This document shows positions 36,612 to 48,041 of a stretch of DNA of 64,000 nt, piece by piece. Origin of the DNA: Oculina patagonica. Lineage: Eukaryota. The position numbers and the translations under genes were made by a program. The stretch lies in assembly GCF_052425735.1 (NCBI RefSeq), contig NC_135770.1, positions 28,024,001-28,088,000 on the forward strand, in the 5' to 3' direction. The notes beneath the pieces are model-generated. The model saw nothing but the letters and a program-made list of their open reading frames with translations, was not told the DNA's origin and did not search any database. How positions within the stretch are numbered: position 1 is the stretch's first letter; every line of letters begins with the position of its first letter.

Positions 36612-39600
36612 ATGGTAAGTACTTTAAGTTTTATGTGCAAAATTGTGTTTCATATGATTATGCGCACCTAGCTCGAGAGTAAATGGGCAAACTACTTATA
36701 TCAGAACGTAGGTACATACGTGACATGACAAATCACGTATGGAAACAACAATTTACACCACTAAGCGTACCGTAGTTGACGTACATTTATATTATATGAG
36801 GGTGGGTTTAGATTAGGTCTGAGAACAATTCCGAGGGTTATAAGCGAACTCTTCCTGAGTAACAAAGTCTTTATTCAAAATAATGTCCGGTAACCAAAAC
36901 AGCTTGTAATGGCGTATGAGTTCTGTTTCATTCTTAAACACCTTTGCCAGCGGCAATGTAACGAGGGACAACGCATTAGCGGTCAACATACAAGATAAAG
37001 GTGAATTGCTTAGTGGAAAAGACCTAACCAAAGAGAATAAACGCTGCCTTATAAACACACTGTACACAATACTTGAACAGTTATGGCAAAATGTCTAATC
37101 AAACGAAGGAACGTAACACTTGTTTTAGTCTGCCCTGTGTGAGATTCTTATCATGGCCATTGCTTTAAAACATTTTGTATTGAAGCAATTTTTCAGCGGC
37201 GAAATGTCGAACTGAGTGAGCTTTCCGCTCATTCCATAGATCTACATACCGAATTAGTGATTTCTTTCTTGTCTTCAATTCATTATGTATATTTTTGTAG
37301 GTTTTTTTGAACAAAAATATGCGGAATTACGTCAGCAACGTCAGCTTAGTTGACCTCTGAACGCGAGAATGTATTAACATAAGTCAGCGGTACACTTCTC
37401 TAATGTTTGGTACCGCTCGTCTCCCTCGAATCGTTTCCGGCCTGATCTTGAGTTCCTTAAGTGTAACATCTGCAGTGTTTGCCAATAAAATAACTTGGTT
37501 GTTACGTTTGGCATTGCCGCGGTAAAAAGTTCGAAGCGTCGCACAGCATGTTAATCCCTGACGCATGCAACAGTAAAACAACACATCGTCTTGAAGTTGA
37601 TAGAAAAAATGTTTTGTTTATGATCAATACCGCACTCTATACAGAACTGTTTAGTCTGTCCTTTCAAAAAGAGACAAAAAACGTGTTTTGTTATGATCTT
37701 TTGCAGGAATTGACGTTAACTGAAGGACAAATAGCAGGTAAGGGAATACAATCCAAGGGCAACAGGAAATTGTCGAAAATTGTTTTTATCAGATCCAATA
37801 TAAGAGCTATTGACGTGTATTCTTTTGACATGGTCGCCAGAGTCGAATTATACCTTCTAGATCCTTCGAATGGGATCTCGCTTATCTTATCAATTTTGAA
37901 ATGAACTTAGAGGTATGATCGTTATTTCCCTTGTCAATCGAGTCTTTATCGATAGATGTTTATGACGTCATGTTAAATAACAATCGATAAAGCGACAAGT
38001 CTCGCAAGTAACTTGAAGTACAAACTGCAACGTGTGCCAGGACCTTAAGTCCTTTAAGTAAGTGGGAACAGCGACATACATATAAAACGTGTCCACTTTC
38101 TCGATGTTCAACGGAGTGTATCGAATTTATGAGTTCGAGTTAGAAGTTTCGAGTTCGAGTTATGGGGTACATTTTCCCAGTTGGTCACGCATAGTGTCTC
38201 CCTTATCACCAATGAAAGCTAACCGCAAGCAAATAGGAGTGGAACTAACCGCAAGCAAATAGGAGTGGAACTACTAACCGCAAGCAAACCAGAGTGGAGC
38301 TAACCGCAAGCAAATCGAACTCGATATTTTAACTCGAACTCGAAATTCTAACTCGAACTCGAACTCAACTCGAAATTCTAACTCGAACTCGAACTCATAA
38401 AATGGACAGACCCGATGTTCAACCCGGCGTGCTGAAACGGTGCATTTTGAACAATCCCAACGTCGTCTCATCTTGAGAGCGAGGCGCAGTGACGATAATG
38501 GTGAGCGTGTTTCGGGATTCTGGAGGGTTGGGAGTCCCGGGTTTGAGACCTGGCGGTGATCGTTGTGTTGAGTGCTCACGGTGCCTCCCTCACTCAGGAA
38601 TATAAATGGTGGTCGGTACATTCATTAATTAAGGCAATTCTTATTGATTGTAACACATTTGGTTTTGAGAATTTGGTAGTTTGTCAAGACCACGCAATAT
38701 TCTTGTTTGTTTGACAAGTATATTGGCATTGAACTAACTTTCCTTAAAGGGACACTGTCACCAGCTTCACTTCAAAAACTCAAGAGCTTAAAGACATATG
38801 GAAACCACAATATGATCCAGTTGTGTTAAAAATTACTATGCCAGTGTACTGAAGCTATAAACAAGTGACATCATGTGATGCCATCAGGAACTTAGATCCA
38901 ACTTGAAAAAGTCAGAATTTTTCAAGTTCTGTTCTGTGGACTGAAAAAACATCTAAAAATTATTAGGGCTCCCTTCTTCCTCAACAACAATTTACTTTAT
39001 ATCTTCATCTTGATGTACTAGGCGAATCTCATGTTCAGAAGACTACTTCGCCAATTTTTATATATTACTTTTTACCGAAAAGTAGTAAAATCCCCATGAC
39101 AGTGTTCCTTTTATTCAATGTAAATACTAAGTTAATACTTTGTTCTATAGATTTCAAGGAAGCGTTCTCGCTCCTTGATAAAGACGGTGATGGCACGATT
39201 ACCACAAAGGAGCTTGGGATACTGATGAGGTCTCTGGGTGAAAACCCGACCGAGCAGGAGCTGGAAGAGATTATCTTAGAAATCGACATGGACGGTAAAC
39301 CATTACCATGTTTTAAATACACGTCAAGAGCATTTTATTTCTACTAGAGACACATTTTTGATGATCTGTGATCTTGTGCTAAAATTCAGATGGACCTCAG
39401 AGAATATTCTTAATCGCATGCTGTCTTAGCCTCCCACGCAGTCGTTCTTAGGGGCGATCGTGTTAGCCCCTAAGAACGACTGCGTGGGAGGCTAATGCTG
39501 TCTCAGCTCGAAATATTCTTTTTACTAAGTGCTTAATGACAATACGTGATTGTAATTCTGAGAATTTGGTAGTTCAACATGACAATGCTATGCCCCTATT

Positions 39601-41053
39601 TGATAACTTACTTATTCTCCTCTCTTGCCTTTATTCCGAAGGTTCAGTGATAAACATTTAATTTCTCCTTACATGCAGTTTCAATGCATAGTCATCTAGG
39701 CAGGTGAAGATCAAATAGGAGCACTGTGTTGTTGAATGACCAAATTCTCAGAGCGGAATAAAGGTGTAAGCTGTGCTTTCCGACACTTGACGTAATTCGT
39801 AGTAGCTTTTGTACAACCATCGTCAGGCGTTTAGAATTATAAACAAGGCACGAAAATATCTCTCTTGGCAGAACGTAAGACCAAACAGCCCCTTGCACAA
39901 ATGACAAAGTTCGCAGTTATCCACTTCCAAATGCTAAAAACGTCTTTTTTGTTTTGCCAAGGTAATGGTATCATCGACTTCAGGGAATTTCTTCACTTGA
40001 TGGAGACGCGAATGAAAGGAACCGACACGGAGGCAGAGATACGAGAGATGTTCAAAGTGTTTGACATGGATGGGAACGGCTTCATCAGCGCTGAAGAATT
40101 CAAGTGGACCATGATGAACCTCGGCGAGCAGCTGACGGAGGAGGAAGTCGAGGAGATTATCAAAGCGGCTGATTTGAATGGCGACGGACAAATTGATCTT
40201 GAAGGTGATTTACCGTTTTGTGCGTTTGAAACCTCATGTATCCCCGATGAGTTCCTCCGTCTCCCAGTAATTTGTTTCTTCTGAAACAAACTCATCCTCG
40301 ATGAGTTCCTCAGCGGTCTCTCTCGGGCGCCCCATGGATACCCCCGGTAATCATCAGTTGCTTCTTGCGAACCAACCTCATCCCCAATGACTTCCTCGAC
40401 GGTCTCCCACGGGTCCCTTATGGATACCCCTGAGAATTTGCTTCTTCTGAACATTTCGTCTTCCCATAAAAAAAAAAAACATCTAAATCAGTGCTCATTA
40501 AATCACGATTATTATTATTAATTTTTACACAGTTTAGTAGACATACGTCATGAAAAAAGAAAACTTTCTTTTATTATAAATGGATAAGACTGACGTCTTC
40601 TTTGTGTATTTCACTAATTACCTAATCGCGGACCAGTGGGACCCCCTCTGAGTAGGTAACAATGTGCTCCATGCTTGACATTTATTTTAACAATGGGCAT
40701 TTTTATTAGTTTTATACCTTTTGAAACAGTGTTGCAAAGTTGCGACTAAGGGATTAGAGAAAAACTATTTCACTTGGAGCAGTCACCTAAAGGGCTTCTC
40801 GTCCCCTTTCCGCAAAATCCCGGTGGGGGTTTCTTCCCCGGGAATATATTGGGTTGAGGGACGAGAAAACGACCGGCAATTCAGGTCAGGATCTTTTGCT
40901 CTATGTACAATACTACCCAAAGTGTCATGTTACTATATAAAATCGGTCGTATGAAGAAACACTGATTCTAGAAAAAACAACTATCTGGGACTTCCACTCT
41001 TTAATTTGCTCTATGCTTTTCTTTCAGAGTTCGTTAAAATGATGTCGTCATAA
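36612..41053 (+). CDS. Calmodulin-like protein 3 (closest to canonical calmodulin, 148 aa, four intact EF-hands)
   Basis: Exons 36612-36614, 37707-37737, 39151-39294, 39962-40204 and 41028-41053. Protein: [34 protein letters not shown]...[13 protein letters not shown]...[12 protein letters not shown]...[19 protein letters not shown]. Confidence 0.92.
38113..38413. mobile_element. MULE-like MITE with 10-bp TSD and an internal 26-bp minisatellite
   Basis: gatgttcaac on both sides, (GAGTTC)n/(GAACTC)n subterminal arrays, about four copies of ctaaccgcaagcaaataggagtggaa. Confidence 0.7.
39427..39494. mobile_element. 68-bp hairpin micro-transposon (TAGCC..GGCTA) with 9-bp TSD
   Basis: tagcctcccacgcagtcgttcttagggg..cccctaagaacgactgcgtgggaggcta flanked by atgctgtct. 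Confidence 0.85.
40230..40455. repeat. Degenerate tandem repeat (unit up to about 85 bp, about 2.5-3 copies) in intron 4 of calmodulin-like 3
   Basis: Recurring atccccgatgagttcctc..ggtctc..atggatacccc..ttgcttctt. Confidence 0.65.
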
Positions 41054-41788
41054 ACAGAATGTGTATATATGTGACATCAGCATCTTGTGGTGGTATCAGG
41101 ATGAATTTACCAATCAAGAAACAGTTCAATTTTCTTGGCCAGTGCACTGTACTATTCGTGTGTGTATATAATGTGGATTGATAACGATCCAAAACTTAAA
41201 AGACAACATCAGCACAATGGAATTGTCGACAACTGTAGACGTTGCCAAGAACATGCCAAAGAGCAGTTGAAATTCATATATGACATTTTAGCATTGCATT
41301 CAATGCACATTTACAAGAGAGGATAATCCTCTCTTGACATTTACTCTGCATTTTATTGCACATGGATAACAAATGACGAGAAAAAATGTACAGAAATAAT
41401 GTAAAAACTAATAAGGAATTTATTCTGCAACGTTTCTTTTCCTCGAAATCCAGACTTCAACTATGTTTAACGTTGTCTGAAATCAGTAAATTAATTATGT
41501 AGTAATTTTAAGTGCTGAAAATAAACCCATGAATTTCCATCTGAGCAACCTGGAAGTCGTGGGTTACTAAAAGCCACCTCCCTTGCCCCCAGGGAAGGGC
41601 GGGAAACAGGGAGCGCGAGGTTTTTGGTGGTAAGGCGGCGAAATTCATCTGACTTTGGGGGTGCAACAGGCCCACAACTCTAACTAAGGCGGGACGACTG
41701 GAGTTGAGACAGTAAAACTACCATAATAACCCACAAAGTGCTCTCGTCTGGTCTCGTAGCTCAGTCGGTAGAGCAGCGGTGAGCTAAT

Positions 41789-41905
41789 CTGGAAGTCGTG
41801 GGTTTCGAACCCAACCTAAATGAATTTTTCTTTGCCTCGACCCCCCATTTGCTTACTAGGACTCACTTCCAACAGTGAATTCGTGGGTTTCTTTTTAGCA
41901 CTTTT
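41789..41905 (+). repeat. tRNA-derived repeat head (pseudo-tRNA/SINE-like)
   Basis: gtagctcagtcggtagagc (A box) and gtgggtttcgaaccc (distorted B box), with no acceptor stem. Part of its downstream sequence recurs inverted at about 41508-41545. Confidence 0.55.
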
Positions 41906-43439
41906 CAGAAAATAAATACCGTGTTAATTTTCTAATTACCAGCTTGTATTAACCAGTCTCCCAGAACAAAAATATTGTGAGATATTTGCACTGGTTTTGA
42001 GCGTTTTTTGAACCTTACTAAATAAATAATAAACGACTGTTCAAGTTAAAAATATTAAGCCTGCTGTCTTTGTTGTTGTGTGCAGTTGTTTCTTGTTAGA
42101 TAGAGATGTGAAATTTCGGTTGACAATCCGGGTTGATATCGACTATATTCAATCGACATGTTTCATTTGGATGTACTTTAGAATTGGCTTAAACTGACTA
42201 CATTTTAGGCCAATGCACCTATCCATTTCCAATATGTATTGGTCAACTATTTTCGTGAAACATTCTCAAACTCATTAATAATTGGTCAAGTTAAAATAAA
42301 TGAAATAAGGACCGTGGGGTGGTTTGAATATGCGATCTTCATTAGTATCGATTTTTACAATTTTAATTTTTCCGTTTACCCCTGAACTTTAGTTTCGGTT
42401 GAGAAAATATATCAAACACTCAAGAGAGTGTTTCATCACATTTCCAATTCACCTCGAATTTCTTCAAAAATACTACAATGCGCGTCGTAATTTCAGCTCT
42501 CTTCTCGGTGTTTGGAAATGCGATGAAACACACTCTCTCTTGTTTGATATGCTAAATCAAAACTTACAAACACTTTTAATTGAATTATAATGTAGAAAGC
42601 TCTTGAGGCAGAAGAACAGTGTCAAAAAGTGTTTTAACAGTTTCCACCTTGAGCTAGACAGCATTCAAGTCACCAACCATGATTCGTGTAATTTAATTTG
42701 TTTCCTTGGAATCTGTATCCATCAATTCTGTCCCTTCTACTTCCAAGCTGCAACCTGGTGCCTCGATTCTGAAATAAAAGCTTTCATTAGTTTCTATTGT
42801 AAATTTGTCTTGCCTTTTTAATGCATAGCCTGGAATGTGAAGCTAAACAAATATGTTCATATTTATATATATATATATATATATATAAGAGAGACACAGA
42901 TTTATTTGTAAGTTGGTAAGGGTGAATGAATGAGTAAAACACTATCGGGTCAACAAGAAGGGTGGTTTTCTTTTGAAGTGGTTGCCTGCTAAGGAGGGTT
43001 GGCGGGAGGGGTTGGGTAAAATAAATATACGCTTTTTTGCTCAAAATGGGGTGGGCGGGGTGGAGGTGGTACCGTTCGTCCTTTAATGGGGCGAGTTGAT
43101 TTTTCTGTCCTTTCAGCCTTATATTTTCCTGCGATCATGAAGGAGGGAGTGGCACCCCCAGGCCACTCCCCTTGATTCGCCACCGGCCAATGTCAAAACA
43201 ACATAGAAAGTTAAATCTCGTTGAAACGCAAGGTGGTCGTGTTGCAAGCGAGATGGTATGGTCACTTGAAGAGCATGAGTTGAATTTCAAGACAGACATG
43301 GCTTACATCATTAACATTGGGATTCAGGCCGAGGTCGACTAGCTCAGCATCATGCTGGAGTCTCTGCAGTTTTAACAGCAATGAACTGCACCTGGTTTAA
43401 CTAAGACATTCTACGCAGACAAAACAGGCTACGTACAAG

Positions 43440-46400
43440 TTAGGTTGACCTATACTCACCTATTGTCCGTCTGACGTCAGCTCTGCGTTGTCTTGGCAAC
43501 TGTGCCCGAATCAGTCTTACGTTTGTGAAACGGAGGCCAACAGCTATGAGGGGCTCGTTAGGTGAACTTCCTATGCAGGTTGGTCGCTCTCCGATGTCCA
43601 TGACAGCTAGTACTTCACCAGAGGTAACACTGAACACTCGCACGTTACAGTCATATCTAAAGCAGACAACAGATTTACCATCGTTGAGAAACTTGCAGTC
43701 GGCGATGTCATAACAGTTCTCGAGGAAGACGTGGTTTCTTCGTCCTGTTCCCGCCTTAAGGACGTGCAATCCGTAGCCATTATTCAGAGTATTCCATGTA
43801 ACGAGCACATCCCCGTTAGGAGGAAACACACAATGCGGATGTCTCCAATAACAACCGCCCTGATAGATGGCGTCGTCTTTTTTCCAGGTGAACATCTCTG
43901 CCTCACCTTTGTAGAGGACCATTTGGCGTTTCTCACCGTCTTGTTCACTGCAGAAGACCACGTCTCTGTGAATGCTACATGCAACAGATTTCATTTCTGC
44001 TCTACCATTCAAAACCCTTTCAAGCACACCTTTCCACGAAGAAACATCCAGCATGGAAAGTTTCAATGGGTGTTGTCCTTCGGAAGAAGATGCTTTTAGA
44101 ACGCAACCAACAAAGTCCTTCGATACAGGAAACAGTCTCTCGATTTCACTTGACATGGTCAAAGACTGGACGCATTCAGACAAGTCGCTGTTCCATAATT
44201 CCAATGTGTTGCTGTTGGTCTGCAGAAGAACACCTCTCCCAACCGGTGAACTCAGAAGCCCATTTCTTACACGCCTTGTAGTGTGTTGAAGGCTCTTTTC
44301 TCCTTTGACGTCCCTTGACACTGTCAATGTCCCGAGCGGATAGTGTTACCGAACAACGTTTATCCAAAGGATCCTTAGGGCTGCAATTAGTCATGGTTGC
44401 ATACAAGTGCACGGTCGTGGTGTCCCACGAAAATGCAGCCTCTACTGTCCGTTGCATCATCTCACTTGCATTGTAGGGACCAGCAACATTCAACATTGTT
44501 AAGTAATTATCAGTTGGACCCCCAACCACTGCCACGTCTCCCGGCAACAAGGAACAAAACCCTACCATCAAGTCTGCTGAAACAAAGTGGCAAACTTTGC
44601 AAACGACTTGCAATCTGTCAAAGGAATCCACTGATTCCCAAGGCCACAAATAGAGTTTACAGGTGCAAGAACAATGTGATTGATGGTTTGCAACGAGGAT
44701 AGAATCAAACATAAATGTCGAGAGTTTGTACACATCACGGCCATCAGAGTGAGTGGACACAATGCTACCACAAACAAGACCTCCATTGGCTGTAAAGTGT
44801 AATAGTCCACAAGCCATGCCTTCGCCAGAAATATCTTCAGCCACTTGTCGCCAAACGGAACTTCGAGTGTTGTACACCAAGAGAGATCCTTTTGAATCTG
44901 AAATTGCTACAAGATTCCCATCTTGGGAGATAGCAAAGGAAACTATGTTATCTTCCAAATTGAAGCGTTTGATCTCTTCGCCATTGTCTGCATTCCACAT
45001 GACCACCTCTTTGCTGTTGTCTGGGCAGTCTGTTAGCATCTTGTTCTTGTCTCCGGAGAAAGCACAAACAGTGAAATGACACTGACTTGTTGGAAAGAGT
45101 GACGTCGCCTGTCCACCTAAGGTGTACACATTGGCCAGGTTTCCCGGCAGGATGAATTGCCCATCTGGATGAAAAACAACAGAACGATAAATCGAAAGTG
45201 TCCTGCCTCCATTCACACTGTTCGTGCCAATTCCTCGAAATGCAGTTCCGAGAGGAACATTGTCGTACGACTTTCTTGATTCCAAGGAACTGTCCTTCCA
45301 TTCCAGCTCACCAGTCTGGAGCGACCATAAATGAATCGTTCCATCTCGGCATTCGCACACCATGTGCTCCCCATCTGGTGAAACATCAAAGCAAACCACT
45401 TTGTCTGAACAGTAGAATCGCGCTTCAACAGGAGTCTGATGCTCGTTCTTGTCTACCAGCTCCAGATATGGCATCTCATTATGTTTAGTCGAAAGGAAAT
45501 TTGACACTTCACGAGATAGCTCTGATCCTCCTTCGATCAGTAAGTTTTGGAAAATCATCTGAGGAAGATCCCGAAGAAGACCTCCGTGCTTCTTGAACTG
45601 CAACAACAAACTCTGAAGTGTCCTTTTTGTTTCTTCGCTGAATGTACTTGAATTCCGATGTTCTTGCGCAGGAAGCAGATCTCTCAGCACATCGGCGTTT
45701 TTATCACACAGCTTAGCATAAACGAGTTCTAGATCCGTTACATACCCTTTCACCAGTTCTTCCAGCTGGTTGGGATCCTCCAATGCTTCTAGCATATGCT
45801 GAAAGCCGTGTTGCAAGGCATACCTTTGAGGGTTACTGAATGGTGCATCATTTACACAACATGTCTTCAGCTTGTCAAGCTCCGCTGTACAAAGTTCGGA
45901 AAGAATCTTGTGGCCCCCTTTTTCGTGGTTTCCAGAAGGTGAATTGCCAGTCAACCAATCTCTGACTGATTTGTGAAAGATGTGAACATGGCCTTCTCGA
46001 ATAGGAAAAAGAGATGAAATACAGCTGATAACATTGTCAACTTTTCCCTTAACACTTAGTCGATCATTTGCTGAGATGTTGGTGTAGCACTGTAGTATTT
46101 CGGACACAAAATCTTTAGGCAAGGGGTCCCTTGCCGCTGTTAAGGCGCACCGGAAATGGAACAGGAAATGGCCACAGTCATTCGCCAACTCTTTCTGGAG
46201 GTTATCCTCCATCCTCCTGAAACAGGTTGTGTAAAATTCTGAAATTCCTTGGGGGAAGCTCGAGCGAAGTTGCTCTGGTGTTGGTGGTGATGTGCTTTTT
46301 TCAATTAAATCTATTAGGAAGTAAGCATACAGCATCAGACCTTCCGACAGTTGCACCAGTTCTCTCATAATAGCAGGTCTTTCTTCTGGGGGTGTGCTAT

Positions 46401-47618
46401 CACGAATTCGCTCTTCAAAGAAGAGTTCTACATCTTCACGATTTCTGTCATCATTTTGTTTTAATTCCAAGGGGTTGAAACGTTTCAACCGGTCCAAGAT
46501 GTTTCTCTCCGGTCGTGTGGTGACTAGAAATCGGATCCAAGGTGGAAGCCTGCAGATGTGGTTGGTAATCACGTCAAGCAATTCATTCTGTCCTTGGAGC
46601 TCAGTTTCATCTAAGCCGTCTATCACCATTAGGATGTTTCTCCCAGGGTCAGCTACAGAGCTGAGTGGCTCCTTGAAAAGCAAAGCAAACAGATCCACCA
46701 CCCCCAGGTTGTTAAGTTCTTCGTCTATATCACGCCGCGAAAGCTGTTTGACGAGAGCTTTCTTGTACTCAGGCAAACTACTGCTCAGATGGAATGACAA
46801 TGACTGGAGCATCAGTTTGGGGTTTCGATAGCGGTAGCTGTTGTACTGGCAAAAATGGCTCCCCGACGATCTCTCTGCCTCTTGCATTTTCTTACAGATT
46901 ACTGCTGCTACTACTGACTTGCCTATACCTGCCCCTCCGGTGATAACCTTTGCTTGGTGTTGAGACCTTCTGTCGTCTAACCAATCCTTGACGCCGTTAA
47001 AGATCCATTCGCGAGTACCGTTCTGGAATCGATCTCTACATGCGTGATATTCTATTTCAGCTTTAAAGTCAAACCTTGTAAGTTTGTTGAGGGGATGAAT
47101 CTTCAAGGCGTCTATCTCATTTCTATCCTCCCCAAAGGCAACAAGGGCATCAGCGATTTCCTGCCAATGTAATTCAAAGTCTCGGGTGGATACCTCAGTG
47201 GTTGTCGGATGACTGATCAAATTTCGATAATGTTTGATACGAGCGATATTTGCCTCTGGTGATGTATCGCTTGAGGGTGGTTTGTTGTGCCATCCCGTTT
47301 GGGGTGGAGACAAGCCACAAATTTTAGTCAGAAGGATGCAAAGCAGCGAAATGTCAAATGTGCTAGAGTCTGGACGTCCTCCACCAGGTGGGAATAGTTG
47401 TTCCCACTGAGGATCTGTTCAGCACTTTGTTTCTGCAAGAGAGGTTCTAGAGTTTGTCGTTGGACACTGAGAACAGCAGCTAGGCTTGAAGGAGGGTGAA
47501 AACCATCGAATACGCGCCTTAAAGCTGATGTCCCCCCATCAAAGAGAAGCTGGTGTAATTTCGCACCATTCGATTTTTCTTCAGAACTGGCAAAAGGTGA
47601 TGTCGGAGGGCTTGCCAT
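43440..47618 (-). pseudogene. Intronless HEPN(DZIP3-like)-NACHT-WD40 STAND/NLR-like gene, frameshifted at about 47410-47432 and about 44320
   Basis: N-terminal LLFDGGTSALRRVFD..HPP..QWEQLFP..STFDISLL..CGLSPP..GW..RIKHYRNLISH, then GTREWIF, Walker A GGAGIGKS, HFC, Walker B ILMVIDGLDE, FLVTTRP, FHKSVRDWL and WD40 repeats (VVCFDVSPDGEHMVCECRDGTIHLWS). Three ORFs (47618-47328, 47313-44176, 44327-43440) join by frameshifts. It may be an intact gene if these are assembly errors. Confidence 0.8.
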
Positions 47619-47910
47619 TTTGAACGTTTACTGATGCATTGCTTTAAGGGTGTGTGGTCAAAATAGCTTTTTGCACTGAAAACAAAGGAGCAAATAGTAG
47701 ACTTCGTTAGCATGCCTCGTTATTTTCCCCGCATGTGGCATTTCGTTTGAAAATGCTTCAACTGTCCAAATAAAGAATCTACTACATTTGAAAATTTTGG
47801 AAAATTTTTAGTGATTTCTTTATAGTGTAAAAATTGTAAAACAATTTTGTGTCTTTGACAAATAGACCACATTTTTGCATGGTTTACACACTAATATAGA
47901 CCATAGTAAT

Positions 47911-48041
47911 GAGGGCCCAGGGGGGGGAGGGAACATGGAAGGGAACAAGCCAAGGGAACAAGGGAACAAAGAAAAAACAAACAAAAAGGGGGAACAGGGA
48001 ACAGGCAGGGGGGGGACAGGACCCCCCCCCGGGAGACCCTC
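47911..48041. mobile_element. 131-bp MITE with 6-bp TSD
   Basis: gagggcccagggggggg..cccccccccgggagaccctc flanked by agtaat, with (GGGAACA) subrepeats. Confidence 0.75.

Noticed and set aside
38219-38315. 26-bp direct repeats resembling a CRISPR array
   Set aside because: The repeats are head-to-tail with no unique spacers, sit inside a MITE in a eukaryotic intron, and there are no cas genes.
26932-40454. Minus-strand Ser-rich ORFs over calmodulin-like exons
   Set aside because: Antisense shadows of Glu/Asp-rich coding exons.
36612-41053. Assigning the gene symbol for canonical calmodulin
   Set aside because: There are too many substitutions for the near-invariant true calmodulin; it is a paralog.
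41789-41860. Possible tRNA gene
   Set aside because: The T-arm is distorted and there is no acceptor-stem pairing; it is a tRNA-derived repeat.
43525-46831. Multiple plus-strand and off-frame ORFs over the NACHT-WD40 gene
   Set aside because: Antisense or shadow frames with no independent motifs.
43440-47618. Bacterial contamination or recent horizontal transfer of the intronless STAND gene
   Set aside because: It is flanked by animal repeats and spliced genes, has no operon context, and single-exon NACHT genes are common in cnidarians.
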